From Podospora anserina (lineage: Eukaryota), in NCBI GenBank assembly GCA_017654855.1, contig CM030336.1, positions 2,232,001 to 2,296,000 of the forward strand: a stretch of DNA of 64,000 bases, written 5' to 3'. The position numbers and the translations under genes were made by a program. The notes beneath the pieces were generated by a model. It was not told the DNA's origin. It did not search any database and was given only the letters and a program-made list of their open reading frames with translations. This document shows, one piece after another, positions 21,192-32,766 of this stretch. Position 1 is the first letter of the stretch. Each line of letters begins with the position of its first letter.

Positions 21192-22840
21192 ATGGTTCGC
21201 TTATCATCGACGCTGGCCTTTGCGGCCGGCTTCCTATCAACGCCGTCAATGGTCTCGGGCCTCTCAACGTCGGACATCCCAGCCGACACCCCCATCTCTG
21301 CTCTCCTAGCCTCGGCGCAAAGTCACCTGTCAAAGGGCGAAACGAACGACGCCCTCGTCTACTACGATGCAGCTATCGCCAGAGATCCCTCCAACTACTT
21401 GACCTTGTTCAAGCGCGCCACAACCTACCTTTCTCTCGGCCGCAGATCACAGGCCACCGATGATTTCGAGAAGGTGCTTTCGATCAAGCCAACTTTCGAG
21501 GGTGCGCACCTTCAGCTAGGAAAACTGCGCGCCAGCGCCGCCGACTGGGACGGAGCAAAGCTTCACTACAAGAAGGCCAAGAAGACAGAGGAGGTTGCCG
21601 CAGTTGAGGCGGCCAAGGCGGCGGCAAAGGCTGCTGAAGCAGCAGCCAAGGCTGGGAACTGGGAAGAGTGTGTCAAGCAGGCCGACGATGCCATCCTGAC
21701 GGCGAACAGGGCGATTCACTTGCGCGAGCTTCGCAAGGACTGCGCGTTTGAGAGGGGAGCCGTGGAAAGGGGTATTGCTGACCTGCAGCACATCCTCCAA
21801 ATGCAACCTGGCAACACGAAGCCATACGTCCAGATCTCAGCCATCACATTCTACGCGCTCGGAAACCTCGAGGACGGCGCGACAGCTATCAGGAAGTGCC
21901 TGCACTCTGACCCTGACAACAAGGTGTGCAAGCGGCTGTTGAGGGAGGAGAAGGCGACCATCAAAGTCATGGAGAAGGTGAAGAAGGCCTTGGACAAGGG
22001 GCAGCAGATGACTGCTGTGCGGCAACTCGTACCTACGAGCGACAGTGAAGGCTTGATCAAGGAGGTGAAGGACCAGGTCCACAGTCTGCGGGAAGATGGC
22101 TCGATACCGAAGGCAGCTCCAAATGAACTGCTTTCAAGGTTAGTTGAGATGGCGTGCCAGGCGTATTACGAGGTAAGTCTTCTGCGTCTCAGCCCCTTTC
22201 TCCGTTAAAACGTCCATGTATTGACAATGTTCGGCAACAGTCCAACAGCAAAAAGGCCAAGGAATACTGCGAAGAGTCCCTCACTCTAAATGAGAACTCT
22301 TTCTTTGGTCTTCTCTACAAGGCCAAACACCTCCTCGACAAGGAAGAGTACGAAGCTTCCATCAACACTCTCCAAAAGGCTGCCGAGGCTCGCCCTGACA
22401 AGGAAGACCTTGTCAATCCTCTGATGCAAAAGGCCCAGGTTGCCCTCAAACGCGCCAAGACCAAGGACTACTACAAGGTCCTTGGTGTTGCTCATGACGC
22501 CGACGAACGCCAGATCAAGTCTGCTTACCGCAAGCTCTCCAAAGTTCACCACCCCGACAAGGCCGCCAAACAAGGGCTTACCAAGGAGGAAGCCGAGAAG
22601 AAGATGGCGAGCATCAACGAGGCGTACGAGGTTCTCAGCGACCCCGAGCTCAGGGCACGGTTCGACAGGGGTGACGACCCGAACAGCCACGAGCAGCAGC
22701 AGCAGTATCACCACGGGCATCCATTCGGAGGCGGCCACCCATTCATGTACCAGCAAGGCGGCAGCGGAGGCGGTGGTGGGCAACAGTTCCATTTCAAGTT
22801 TGGTCCTGGAGGAGGGTCAGGGTTCCCATTCGGGATGTAG
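21192..22840 (+). CDS. ER-type TPR + J-domain co-chaperone (DNAJC3/P58IPK/Jem1-like)
   Basis: Signal peptide, TPR repeats, KDYYKVLGV...HHPDK...INEAYEVLSDPELRARFD J-domain. Intron 22173-22240. Confidence 0.92.
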
Positions 22841-23866
22841 TTTGGTTAGTTGCTCTGGTAGTAATGAAGAGAGGGTTACTCTTGGAAGAAGGTCTTCCGT
22901 TGTCTTGGGTTTGCATTTTGTATGGTTGAGCAGGGGGTGTATTTGGGTGTATCGTTTGAGGACTATGTCTGGGACTTGTCATACACCCGGGAGGAGTGAG
23001 CCCAGTTCATTCCCAGTGATCATAGGATGGCTTAGTATTTATATATCACCACCCTTTACAGTGTGCCCGCTCGAAAAACAACCTTGATCATATCTCATCG
23101 AATTCAGACCAGGTGGCAACAATTGTGCATAGATCTTCTCTCGATATCACCAACAATATGTCCTTCGCACAGCTGAAAGCTTGCCACAGTTGAGCGCCCT
23201 GTGTTTTCTGGTCCCGGGATTGAACCGAATGCACATAATCAAAACTCAGGGATATGTTCCTCCGGGCCTTGCTCATGATCGCAATGTTTGGTATACAGCC
23301 GCCCGCGCAGCTAGGTGGGTCAAGGGAATCAATGTCAGATTCGAAGAGGTTTGCTGCAGCAGTCGAGAATAAGACAATTATTGTTCAGTAGAACACCACA
23401 GGGTGATGTCCATCTTTATCTCATTATGGAAAGGGAAACCCCTATTCTCGAATCTACACAACCTAGATCTAGGGCCCAATCAACGCATTGTGGCAGAAGC
23501 GATGACAGGAGAGGGATTATATGTACAAAATGCTTATAGCCCCGCGCGTACGCTTGCTTGTGGTTCAGTGCCTCATCCGGTTTCGGCCAGTTTCCCCCAT
23601 AACTCGCCTCGACCATCGTGGGTCTCACACACGGGTTGCATCAAAATTCTTACAGATTTCTCCTCACGTAAACACAGCTCATTTCATATGTAGACACGAG
23701 CTGGGCGAGGAGCTAACATGGATGTGGCTCTTTTGATCCTCAGATGCGAGCAAATAAGCTTGTTCTAGCTGTGATGCATTGTCAATACAACTCCGTCTTT
23801 GCCAAGGAGCCAGCCGAGAACCACTCACCTAACAGAATAAGCAGACGCATCGGTTGAGCGGCCACA

Positions 23867-25129
23867 TCATGTGGAGGACTCGGAGGCCGAGTCGTTCTGA
23901 CGGATGAAGTAGGCTTTGGAAGCCTCGTAGGCTGACCAGCAGATAGCGGTGCTCGGCATGGTCGTCAACACTCTTGGTTGGACGCCCTTGAAGAAGCCCT
24001 TGGCACCCTCGCGTTTGAACAAAAGGCGGCAACCAGCCATGAAGCCATTGACGGTTCTGAGTTCAGCGTCGTGTGCGCTGCCACGTGTCTGGAGCATGGT
24101 CTTGATCACGTCCATGGGCGTGGTCAAGGCCGCCGCAAAACCACCCGCAACCGCACCAGCCACACAGTGAGTGAATGGGTCATATGCCTTTGTCGGGTTC
24201 ATCGAGGTCGAGATCGATTCGTACGCGAGAAACTGAAGCGCCGTAAAGGGAACCGTCATGGAAAGCGTCGTGGGGTACGAGACATAGAAGGCCTTGATGC
24301 CCTCGTTCTTGTAAACATACTTGGCGCAATCGGTCATGGAGCGGTAGAGCTTGGCCGACTCGGCGATCTGCATTCTTTGCTTGATGACTGTTTTACGACA
24401 GTTAGCAGCCGTGATATGAACCAGGAGAATCAGATAGGCCATACCGTCAAAGGGGTTCATTAGCGCATCGCTAGCAATCGTGGCGCACGCCCCACTGGTC
24501 GCAGCAGCAAGTGGATGATGGACGCCAGCCTGGTTCCCGCCCATGACATGTTTTACAGCTTCATATGTGGCGAAGTAAACAGCGTGCGCGGGGCCTGTTG
24601 GCGGCCGACAGGTTAGTTCAATCTCCAGAGAGCTTTTGCAAGACTCGACCGCAACTCACCGGCACCGACAATTACGCTGGACATGCCCCGCCACAAGCTC
24701 AGAATACCTTCTGTGCTCGCCATCTTGTAAGTGCTCTGGAAGACTCCACTGTAGACCGAGCCGGCGCTTGGGTTGACTATCTGCATTCGGGTCTGTACGC
24801 CAGAGAAAGGTTAGAGGTCAAAGTCGCGATACCAAGTCGATAACGGCGGAGCTCGGCTCACCTTCACTGCATCGATAGGGTACACTGTGACTCTGGTTAG
24901 CCTTCTGCTCCATACGCGTCTCCCCCACGACAGGACTACCTACTTGCGCAGTGCTCGGCGATGCCGGCAAAGGCGCCGGCAGCCATGTTCTGCAACAACG
25001 AGAAGTTGGGTGGGAGGGCTTCATAGCTACAATTCTGATGTCAGCACAGATTTGGACAGGCAGCGGGCTCGAGTCCCCAAGGGGAACCTACTCGTAGTCC
25101 TCTTCGGGTACGACATTTGGCTGGGCCAT
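23867..25129 (-). CDS. MRS3: Mitochondrial iron carrier (mitoferrin, Mrs3/Mrs4 family)
   Basis: [79 protein letters not shown] (three carrier signatures). Several short introns, including a 23-nt exon near 24863-24885. Confidence 0.92.
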
Positions 25130-25910
25130 TGGGGAAGCCACGGCTCCCGTCGCTCCTAGATCGAGAGCCAGGGTGAAGACTGAAAAGAATCGAGGGGTGG
25201 AGAGTGGTCGAGCGTGTGGTGTTGAAGCTTCTGCGCCGCGGGATTCAGCAGCAGAAGTCGGTGACGCAATGCAAACAGCACAAAAAAAAGAGAGCTTCTT
25301 TCTTGGAGGTGCGCTGCCGGGTCACAGCGGGACCACTGAACCACAGAACCGCAAAAGCCCCAAACAATCTGTCTCCTCGCGATAAAGCCGCAGCCTGTTG
25401 TTTGTGTATGGGTGGGGTCGCCGAGAGGGATCGAGAGCGGCTCTTTCCTCCAAAACGCTGCGGCTGGTGATGTTGTCGCTGGCGGTGGCAGGACGGTGGC
25501 AGGACGGGTCCTGTGGGGGAAGCAGATGAGCGGCTGGTGCTGCTGAGGGTTGGCAATGCTGAGGAATGGGCAAATGGGCAAATGGACAACTCCGAATTTT
25601 TCTGCGACCGTTGTCGGCACAGTTCTTCCCCCCCAAATGGCCAAGACAAAATTATGGACCAGTCGGCCGCAACAACGGTCGGAGATCGGTGACCAGGAAG
25701 TTTTACCAATCGCCGGCCTATTGCACAGGGGCCTGTTTTCTGGAGTATCCTCTGCCTACCCCGCCATCTTTCCTGTTAGTGGTCCGTTAGTGTCATTTTG
25801 TGCTGGAACCCCCACTGGTTGCCGGCTGTGATGCTCGTCAAGATCAGAGATTCCCAAGAGATATGTCCGCAAAGGTCCTCGGCTAGACTTGCATCCTTGT
25901 CCGCTCTGCA

Positions 25911-25919
25911 TTATCAGAT
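25911..25919 (-). promoter_or_regulatory. Putative SreA/SRE iron-responsive GATA element ATCTGATAA upstream of mitoferrin
   Basis: Plus-strand TTATCAGAT equals ATCTGATAA on minus, an exact match to the ATCWGATAA consensus, ~780 bp upstream of the mitoferrin ATG. Confidence 0.55.
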
Positions 25920-26678
25920 CCGTGATTTGCGGGTCTCCGCCGGCCCCGAAAGAGCACGTTTTCCCATCTCCGAGGCACCGGATGAGTGTGAATCCCAAAG
26001 ACTTTATAGGTCAGTCTCTGTAGCTTTCTGTTATGTGCGGTAAAGTGGTTGTGTGTATCATGGACAGATACAGTCTATGAATACCAATAAAAGTATCACG
26101 GACCTAATAATGCGAGACCAGTTCTGACTCAGCCAGGATAGACGTTACCTCCGGTGCCAAGCACGACAGATAAATACAGTCAAAGACTTGGGTTCCTGTG
26201 GATTGACTCAATAGTGTTGGGAACTTGGCTTGTGAAAGTCTCAAAGTCCCTGCCACCTCTGAGGTTGTTATGTGTCAGCTAGGTTGTTCATAAGTGATGG
26301 TCCCGTCTTCCCCTCGTGATTCTCCTGGTAGTCTCAGATTCTCCGTCAACTATGTTTCGCCATGGTTAAGACTTTTAATGCAGGTATTTATGTCATAAAA
26401 TGTGTGCTTTGTCGTTTACTGAACTCGCTAGCAGCCAGACCGTTCTGTCTATACTGTTCCTCTGGTGCAAGTCTATGTTATCCAAAATGAAATCGATGTG
26501 ATAATAATGCTTAGAAAGAGTCCCCAACGCCGCTCGTGCCTCCCAATCCACTCCCATGCAATGTAATATAAGCTAACACTCAAGAATTTGTTGCCATAAC
26601 TCATGATTACCCGAACGCCTCCTCAGAGCCTCTTATGGCTCTCTTCGTATCATTGTCGTAGAAGAAAAACCGCATTCA

Positions 26679-29496
26679 TCAAACGCCGTTCCGAGTGAAC
26701 TGGGCCTGGTTGAATTGATAAATCATGTCCACAACTCCCGCCTCCGCAGTCCCAGTACCCTCGATTGCGCTGTTGTCCCTGCTCAAGGTTCTGGCCGGTG
26801 ATGTCTGCCAGGCCGATTCATCCATGCCATCTCCATGACCGTACACCTCTTCATCGTCGTGACGATTGACACCCTCCCTACCTCGTTCTTCATCTTCCAG
26901 AGACTCCTCGATGATGTTGCTTTCACCGGGGCGTCTGTTTTGCTGAACGCGGTGTGGATGCGAGGCCCGGCCCGGGTTCACAAGGTGCGATGGCGGCAAG
27001 TGATGCGGGTCCAGGAGAATCGACGCCATGGGAGAAGGAGCCACCATACTTGGCCCAGGGCGCAGACCTTGGCCGGGAGCCCTGCTCCTTGATCGAAACT
27101 CACTACGACCCATCCGGGAAGTCTGCATGTCAGCACCAAGAGGCGGCGAGTTCAGACCAGGCCAGGCTGGCGGAGGGTGAAATTGATTCCGCATTCCCGG
27201 TGGGAGATGTGATCCTGGGGCGCCCTTTGGGTTGAGAGCAAAGTTGCCATAATTCCCGATGAACCCGTAGTACGATGCTTCCATCTTCCCATGTTTGGCT
27301 GAGTAGTACTCGTCGCGTACGTCACCACCATCACTCGGCTTCTTTGCGTTCGCCATGGCCTTCTTGAAATCGAATTCTGCAAAGGTGCACACATAGCCTA
27401 GTCCGTCAATGTGAAGCGTGAACTCCCGGAAAAAGTCGATAATCTGGTCGCTGCACTTGGGAAGGCTGAAAAAAAGGACAAACGGCGTTGTCAGGATGCC
27501 CAAAATCTCTTCCAGAAAGATAACGATCTTGGGTTTGTATAGCTCAGCAAACTCCAGCTTAATGTCATAACTGTGAAGTCTATCCTTCCAGTGGTCGGGT
27601 TCGTAGTGTGTGTACTCGATCACGTTGCGCATGGCATATTCCGGGTCGAAGACTACATCGTCCTGAGACTGCATGCCGTGGGCAACCGCCCAGATACTAC
27701 CAAAAATGGCCGTGTAGAAGAGCACGGTGCGATCCGGTGTGATCTCGAAACCGAGGAAAAGTTCAGGATCGAAAACAGATGCAATGGCCAACACGGTTGC
27801 CAACGCTCCCGAGACAAATGCGACGGACTTGGCTACCATCTCGGTCTTAACCTTTGGGAACTGATCCATATAATGCGTTGCAAAAGCTTTCGACATGTCC
27901 AGACGCTTTTGGAAAAGGTGTGGTAGCTCGTTGAACTCGCGAAATTTCCACTCGGCAAGGGGTGTATACGACCGAGATGACAATACAGACGGGTTCTTTT
28001 GGATTTCCTAACCAAGATGTGAGCTCACACTGGCACAATTACACGCCCATCAAAGAACTAGTGACTTACATGATAGTACATCAAAAAGTAATAGATGACA
28101 AGATAGAGCGACACGAAAGGCGATAGCACTAGAATCATGATGCCAGCAAACTGGAACCGTGAGCGCAGTTTCTCGCTTATCTCCCCTCTGCGGTCGGCTC
28201 GCAGGAATTTCTGGTTGACCTGGCCCTTCTCGTCAAACACCATGTCGAGAACACTGAACATCAAAGTCCACTCCAGAGTACGAGAGAAGTACTGCCGATT
28301 TCGCAGGAACGGCAGCGGAATAGTGAGGTCCAAAATGTCCTTGTTGAACAGGGCAATGAGATAGTTTTCACGTCTCATGATGCGATTCGCAATGTCGGAC
28401 GCATCTAGCCTTTCTTTGGACTGGCTGCCAATGAAATGTCTTTGCAACGGGGTCAAGGTGGTTGCCGTCTTTGAGTTCTGGTTTCGTAGAGCCATTACGC
28501 GTGCCACCACTTCTTGCCAGGTGATAGTCTGCATGTCGTGGTCCGGGATGTTGAGCAAATGTGTGTAAAAGTCACGGACGTGAAACAGCCGGTGGAGGTC
28601 CAAGATATACTGGATTGCCTTCCATATGAAGTAGAATGCAAAGAGCCAGAGGCCAAGATTCCACCACCCCGACATCTTTCTGGTGCACTGTGGAACGATG
28701 ATCTGCGAGAGCTTCTGGCTTCCGCGGACAAGACTGTAGTCAACACATTGCGTGAGGAAGGTCAAGAGGACAGCTATGAAGGCCACGTTCCTACGTCATG
28801 TCAGCAACGGTTTCTTCGTTTTGAGTCAGTTTCGTGAACGTACCCAAGATGCAGCACCCGTTCGGTTATTATCGCCTTGATACCACATCCCCTGTAATAA
28901 TCGTAGACCTCTTTGATAAACTTGTCGAGGTTCTGGACATTTGCCCATCTCCATTCCGCCATCTTCTTCGCATCGAGAGATGCGCTCCCAGAGAACAGAG
29001 AGCCCGGGGCGCCGTTACCCCGGTGACTCTGTGTGAATGGCTCATCGTTGTGGAGGGGTTGGTGGGCTTGAATTGTTTCCCATTGTGCTCGCGTGTTGGA
29101 TGAGCCGGGCATGGTATAGGCAGCTTGTCGACTCTGCTTTCTTTTGGGCTTCCCTGCTAGGTGAGCGCCTCGAGGTTCGACCAGGAGCGAGGGCGGAACA
29201 TCGTTGTCGGCATCGTCGTCGTGCGCGAGCCACATCGACCGGTCATTTTGGTGCCCCGGTGGGACTTTCGACGCCGGTGTCTTTCGTAAACCTGCTAGCG
29301 TCGCACGACTATCATCAACGGTGAGGCCCTCCGCATGATCCAGATCATAGTCCTGGAAGTTGTGATTGAGGTTTTCTTCGTCAAGAAGTCCAGCTCGCGA
29401 TCCCCCGTCATATCCTTCAGAGTCGTGCCCTCGAAGCTCTTCGTAGAATGACCGCCCCTGTGTGGTGGGCATCTTTGAAAACAGCTTCCGAGGCAT
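26679..29496 (-). CDS. ATG9: Autophagy protein Atg9 (lipid scramblase)
   Basis: [86 protein letters not shown]. Exons 29496-28844, 28790-28070, 28007-26679. Confidence 0.96.
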
Positions 29497-30117
29497 CTTT
29501 TCGCCTCGGTTTCAAAGAATGAAGTCGCCGAGAGTGCCGGGTATCATGGGTTAACAAGATGGAGTCACAGATTGTGAGGGAAAACGCTGATTAGAGGCGC
29601 TTCACTCAGAGTTGTGCGGACGAGGTGGACGAGGTGGACGTGGTGGGGGATCTGTTGACAAGACAAAGCAGAAGAAGCTGATAAGGGTAGGCAAGGTGCA
29701 GAAGCGGCACTATCTCACCTTTCAAGGTAACGTGAGATCAGTCAGGCGATGCGGCCATCTGCCAGCCGCTTCTGTTTCTTGTCTTGCGAAGAAGCATGCG
29801 CAGCATAAGTTTTCTACAACCACCAGTGCAGAAGGTTGGCGTTTGGTTGCCTTGAACCTTCCTGGTCAGCTGCCGCGCCAGAATGACGACGGATGGGGTC
29901 TGATTGGGAAGGCGGTGTGTTGTGAGAGGAATGCCAAGGTCCTTATCGCTTATCAGCTCTAGCATGCCACCATGCCAGCATGGCGATACAGCTTCCCCCC
30001 TGTAATTCAATACTTCATACATCATACCTTAACGAGCTCCTGAAGGTAGATGCTGTTCTCAGCATCGTGCCTCGCCAAACCTCCCTTTTTCCAAGTCACC
30101 ACTCCGGGCTGCTTCGA

Positions 30118-32235
30118 ATGGCTTCTTCAGGCTCCGCGTCAACTGCTTCATTAGCAGCAAAGACCGCAAACCCTCTGTCATCAAAAGTCACCAGCGTTCT
30201 GTCATCTTCCTATGCAGACACCGAGTTTCGAGAGGCACTTGCTTTATTAGATGAACGGGGTGTCCTCAACACACCCAACACTCGACGCCAGCTTCGTCTG
30301 GACCTGCAAAAGGAGGTGATAGATAGCAATGGCGAAATCATCGATGAGTTCTCCAAGGTTTCCGAGGTAGGTTTTCTGGTAGATCAACATCAAGTGATTT
30401 CGACTTACAGACTGGTTGACGTTGATTTACAGCAACTTCGGCGTATTGGTGCCACCATTGGCAGACTCAAAGAGAGTTTCAATGAGATGAAAAGGGAGAT
30501 TGGTACCGCTCATCAGGCAACATCGTCTAGTCTAGAGGAAGCCTCACGTCTCATGTTTCAAAAGCAACAAGTTGAGCAAAAACAGACTCTTCTCAAAGCC
30601 TTCAAGGGCAATTTCATCCTTTCCGACGATGAGGCGGCTGCTCTCACGCTCATGTCAGAACCGGTCAATGACCTCTATTTTGCTACCCTCGCAAAAGCAA
30701 AAAAGATCACCAAAGACTGCGAGCTACTTCTCGGGTTTGAGAATCAGACTTTGGGCTTGGAGGTGATGGAACTGGCTTCAAAAAATCTCAACCTGGGCTT
30801 CCAGAAGCTGTATAAGTGGGTACAGAAGGAGTTCAAGACGTTGAATCTTGAAAACCCACAAATTGGCTCATCAATCCGGCGAGCTCTTCGAGTGTTGGCC
30901 GAAAGACCTACACTGTTTCAAAACTGTTTAGACTATTTTGCAGAAGCTCGCGAACATATCCTGTCCGACTCGTTCTACACAGCATTAACCGGGAGCTCGG
31001 CATCTGGCGTGGAGAACACCTCGATCAAACCCATCGAGTTAGCGGCGCACGACACCTTGAGATATGTAGGAGACATGCTTGCTTGGGTGCATTCAGCAGC
31101 TGTGAGCGAGCGAGAGGCACTGGAAGGTCTCTTCATTGGAGAGGCCGAGGAGATTAAGAAGGGCATCCAAGCCGGCAGAGAGAACGAAATATGGCGACTG
31201 GCGGACGAGGAGGGTGATGGTGCAAGCGATTTTGATGCCGTTAAGACATTGAACGATCTGGTTGACCGAGACGTCTCCGGAGCAGTCCGCATATTACGAC
31301 AGCGGGTCGAACAGGTCATCCAGACAAACGAGGAAACAATCCTGGCATACAAACTCGCCAATCTGCTCAATTTCTACAAAAGCATGTTTTCGAAACTGCT
31401 GGATCCTGGCTCGAGTTTGGTGGATTCTCTTGGGTTACTGGAGGCTGAAGCCCTACGGCAGTTTCGGTCGCTGGCTCGTGACCACATTGCGGCTCTCCAG
31501 GGGGATTTCGTCCAGACTCCTACAGAACTTCGACCCCCAGAGTTTTTGTTCGAGGCGTTGGAGCAGCTGTCTGCCCTTATGAAGACTTACGAAACCTCAC
31601 TCGCTTCATCTGCTGAAAAGGAAGCAGAGTTTGAAACTATCATGGTGGAGGCCTTCGACCCATTCATGTCAGGTTGCGCAACCATGGCGCAGACATTACA
31701 GCCCCCCTCTGACTCCGTCTTCCTCGTCAACTGCTTTCTCACAGCTCTGAATTCGCTGGCGCCCTTTGAGTTCACGCCCACACGAACAACTCAGTTGCAG
31801 GCCAATTTTGAAACTGAGCGGTCACACCTTGTGGAAAGCCAGTATGCATTTTTCCGTAAGGAATCTGGCCTAGATGCACTCATCACAGCACTCAGTATCT
31901 TGGGCAATGGAGCAGAAGACGTGGAGAAGGTGCCGTTGCTTGAGGCGGCCCAAGCACCTGCACTGACACAGGCTGGGCAATTGCTTGATGATTTCCTACC
32001 CTCGGCGCTGATGGATGCCATGGAGAATCTCAAGCACTTGCAGGATTCCAAACTGGTCCAGCAAATCACCGAAGAGGCTGCCGAGAGGTTCTGTGTCGAC
32101 TTCGAGCAAGTGGAAGAGAAGTTGATGTTGGCAGATGAGCTGGCCGAACAGAAGCAGGGCGACGCTGACGAGCTTCAAAGCTTACGGGCATTATTTCCGA
32201 GAACTTCTGGGGAGATTCGTGTCCTGTTGTCGTAG
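30118..32235 (+). CDS. COG6: Conserved oligomeric Golgi complex subunit 6
   Basis: [61 protein letters not shown]-terminal [13 protein letters not shown]. Probable in-frame intron 30367-30432. Confidence 0.92.
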   Translation: MASSGSASTASLAAKTANPLSSKVTSVLSSSYADTEFREALALLDERGVLNTPNTRRQLRLDLQKEVIDSNGEIIDEFSKVSEVGFLVDQHQVISTYRLVDVDLQQLRRIGATIGRLKESFNEMKREIGTAHQATSSSLEEASRLMFQKQQVEQKQTLLKAFKGNFILSDDEAAALTLMSEPVNDLYFATLAKAKKITKDCELLLGFENQTLGLEVMELASKNLNLGFQKLYKWVQKEFKTLNLENPQIGSSIRRALRVLAERPTLFQNCLDYFAEAREHILSDSFYTALTGSSASGVENTSIKPIELAAHDTLRYVGDMLAWVHSAAVSEREALEGLFIGEAEEIKKGIQAGRENEIWRLADEEGDGASDFDAVKTLNDLVDRDVSGAVRILRQRVEQVIQTNEETILAYKLANLLNFYKSMFSKLLDPGSSLVDSLGLLEAEALRQFRSLARDHIAALQGDFVQTPTELRPPEFLFEALEQLSALMKTYETSLASSAEKEAEFETIMVEAFDPFMSGCATMAQTLQPPSDSVFLVNCFLTALNSLAPFEFTPTRTTQLQANFETERSHLVESQYAFFRKESGLDALITALSILGNGAEDVEKVPLLEAAQAPALTQAGQLLDDFLPSALMDAMENLKHLQDSKLVQQITEEAAERFCVDFEQVEEKLMLADELAEQKQGDADELQSLRALFPRTSGEIRVLLS

Positions 32236-32766
32236 TTGATTCAGTGTCGTTGCAAGCTGTTCATAGTCCGGGGAAATTGATGGATAGGAAGATTTCACTT
32301 CCACTAATACATGATCTTAGATGATTGATGTTGCCCCAAATAGGACGTTGTGGGGCACTGTAACCGTAGATTGGCTTCCCAACGTCGACGTCACCGCCCC
32401 GCCGTTCTGTTATCGCTCCGATAAACAGCCCTACCGCGCGTCCGGTGCTTGGTGCCAGTCGGCGACCCCTGCCTCTCCCCGTTATCGACAAGCTTCAGCC
32501 CACTGCAGCCCACTGCAAGCACGGCCTCCGATTGCGACTTGCCTTGCGGACATTCCGTCCAGACTTGTTCAGCCTGGCGATCTGAATCTCGAGTTCCTAG
32601 TCGAAACCGCATTGATGAATCTACAACACATGCATACGACGACATCGTGAATCTACCGGAGCCATTGGCCAGCTGAAACCCGGCCGACTCCCACCCACAT
32701 TTCTCTTCCCTCTCGCTGCGAATCCGTACACCCGCAACGGAATGTCCTCATTCACCACACACCACC

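Noticed and set aside
26040..26670. Relatively AT-rich ORF-free stretch as a RIP-degraded transposon relic
   Set aside because: Only mildly AT-rich, CpA/TpG dinucleotides are still common, and there are no terminal repeats. It fits the ATG9 terminator region.
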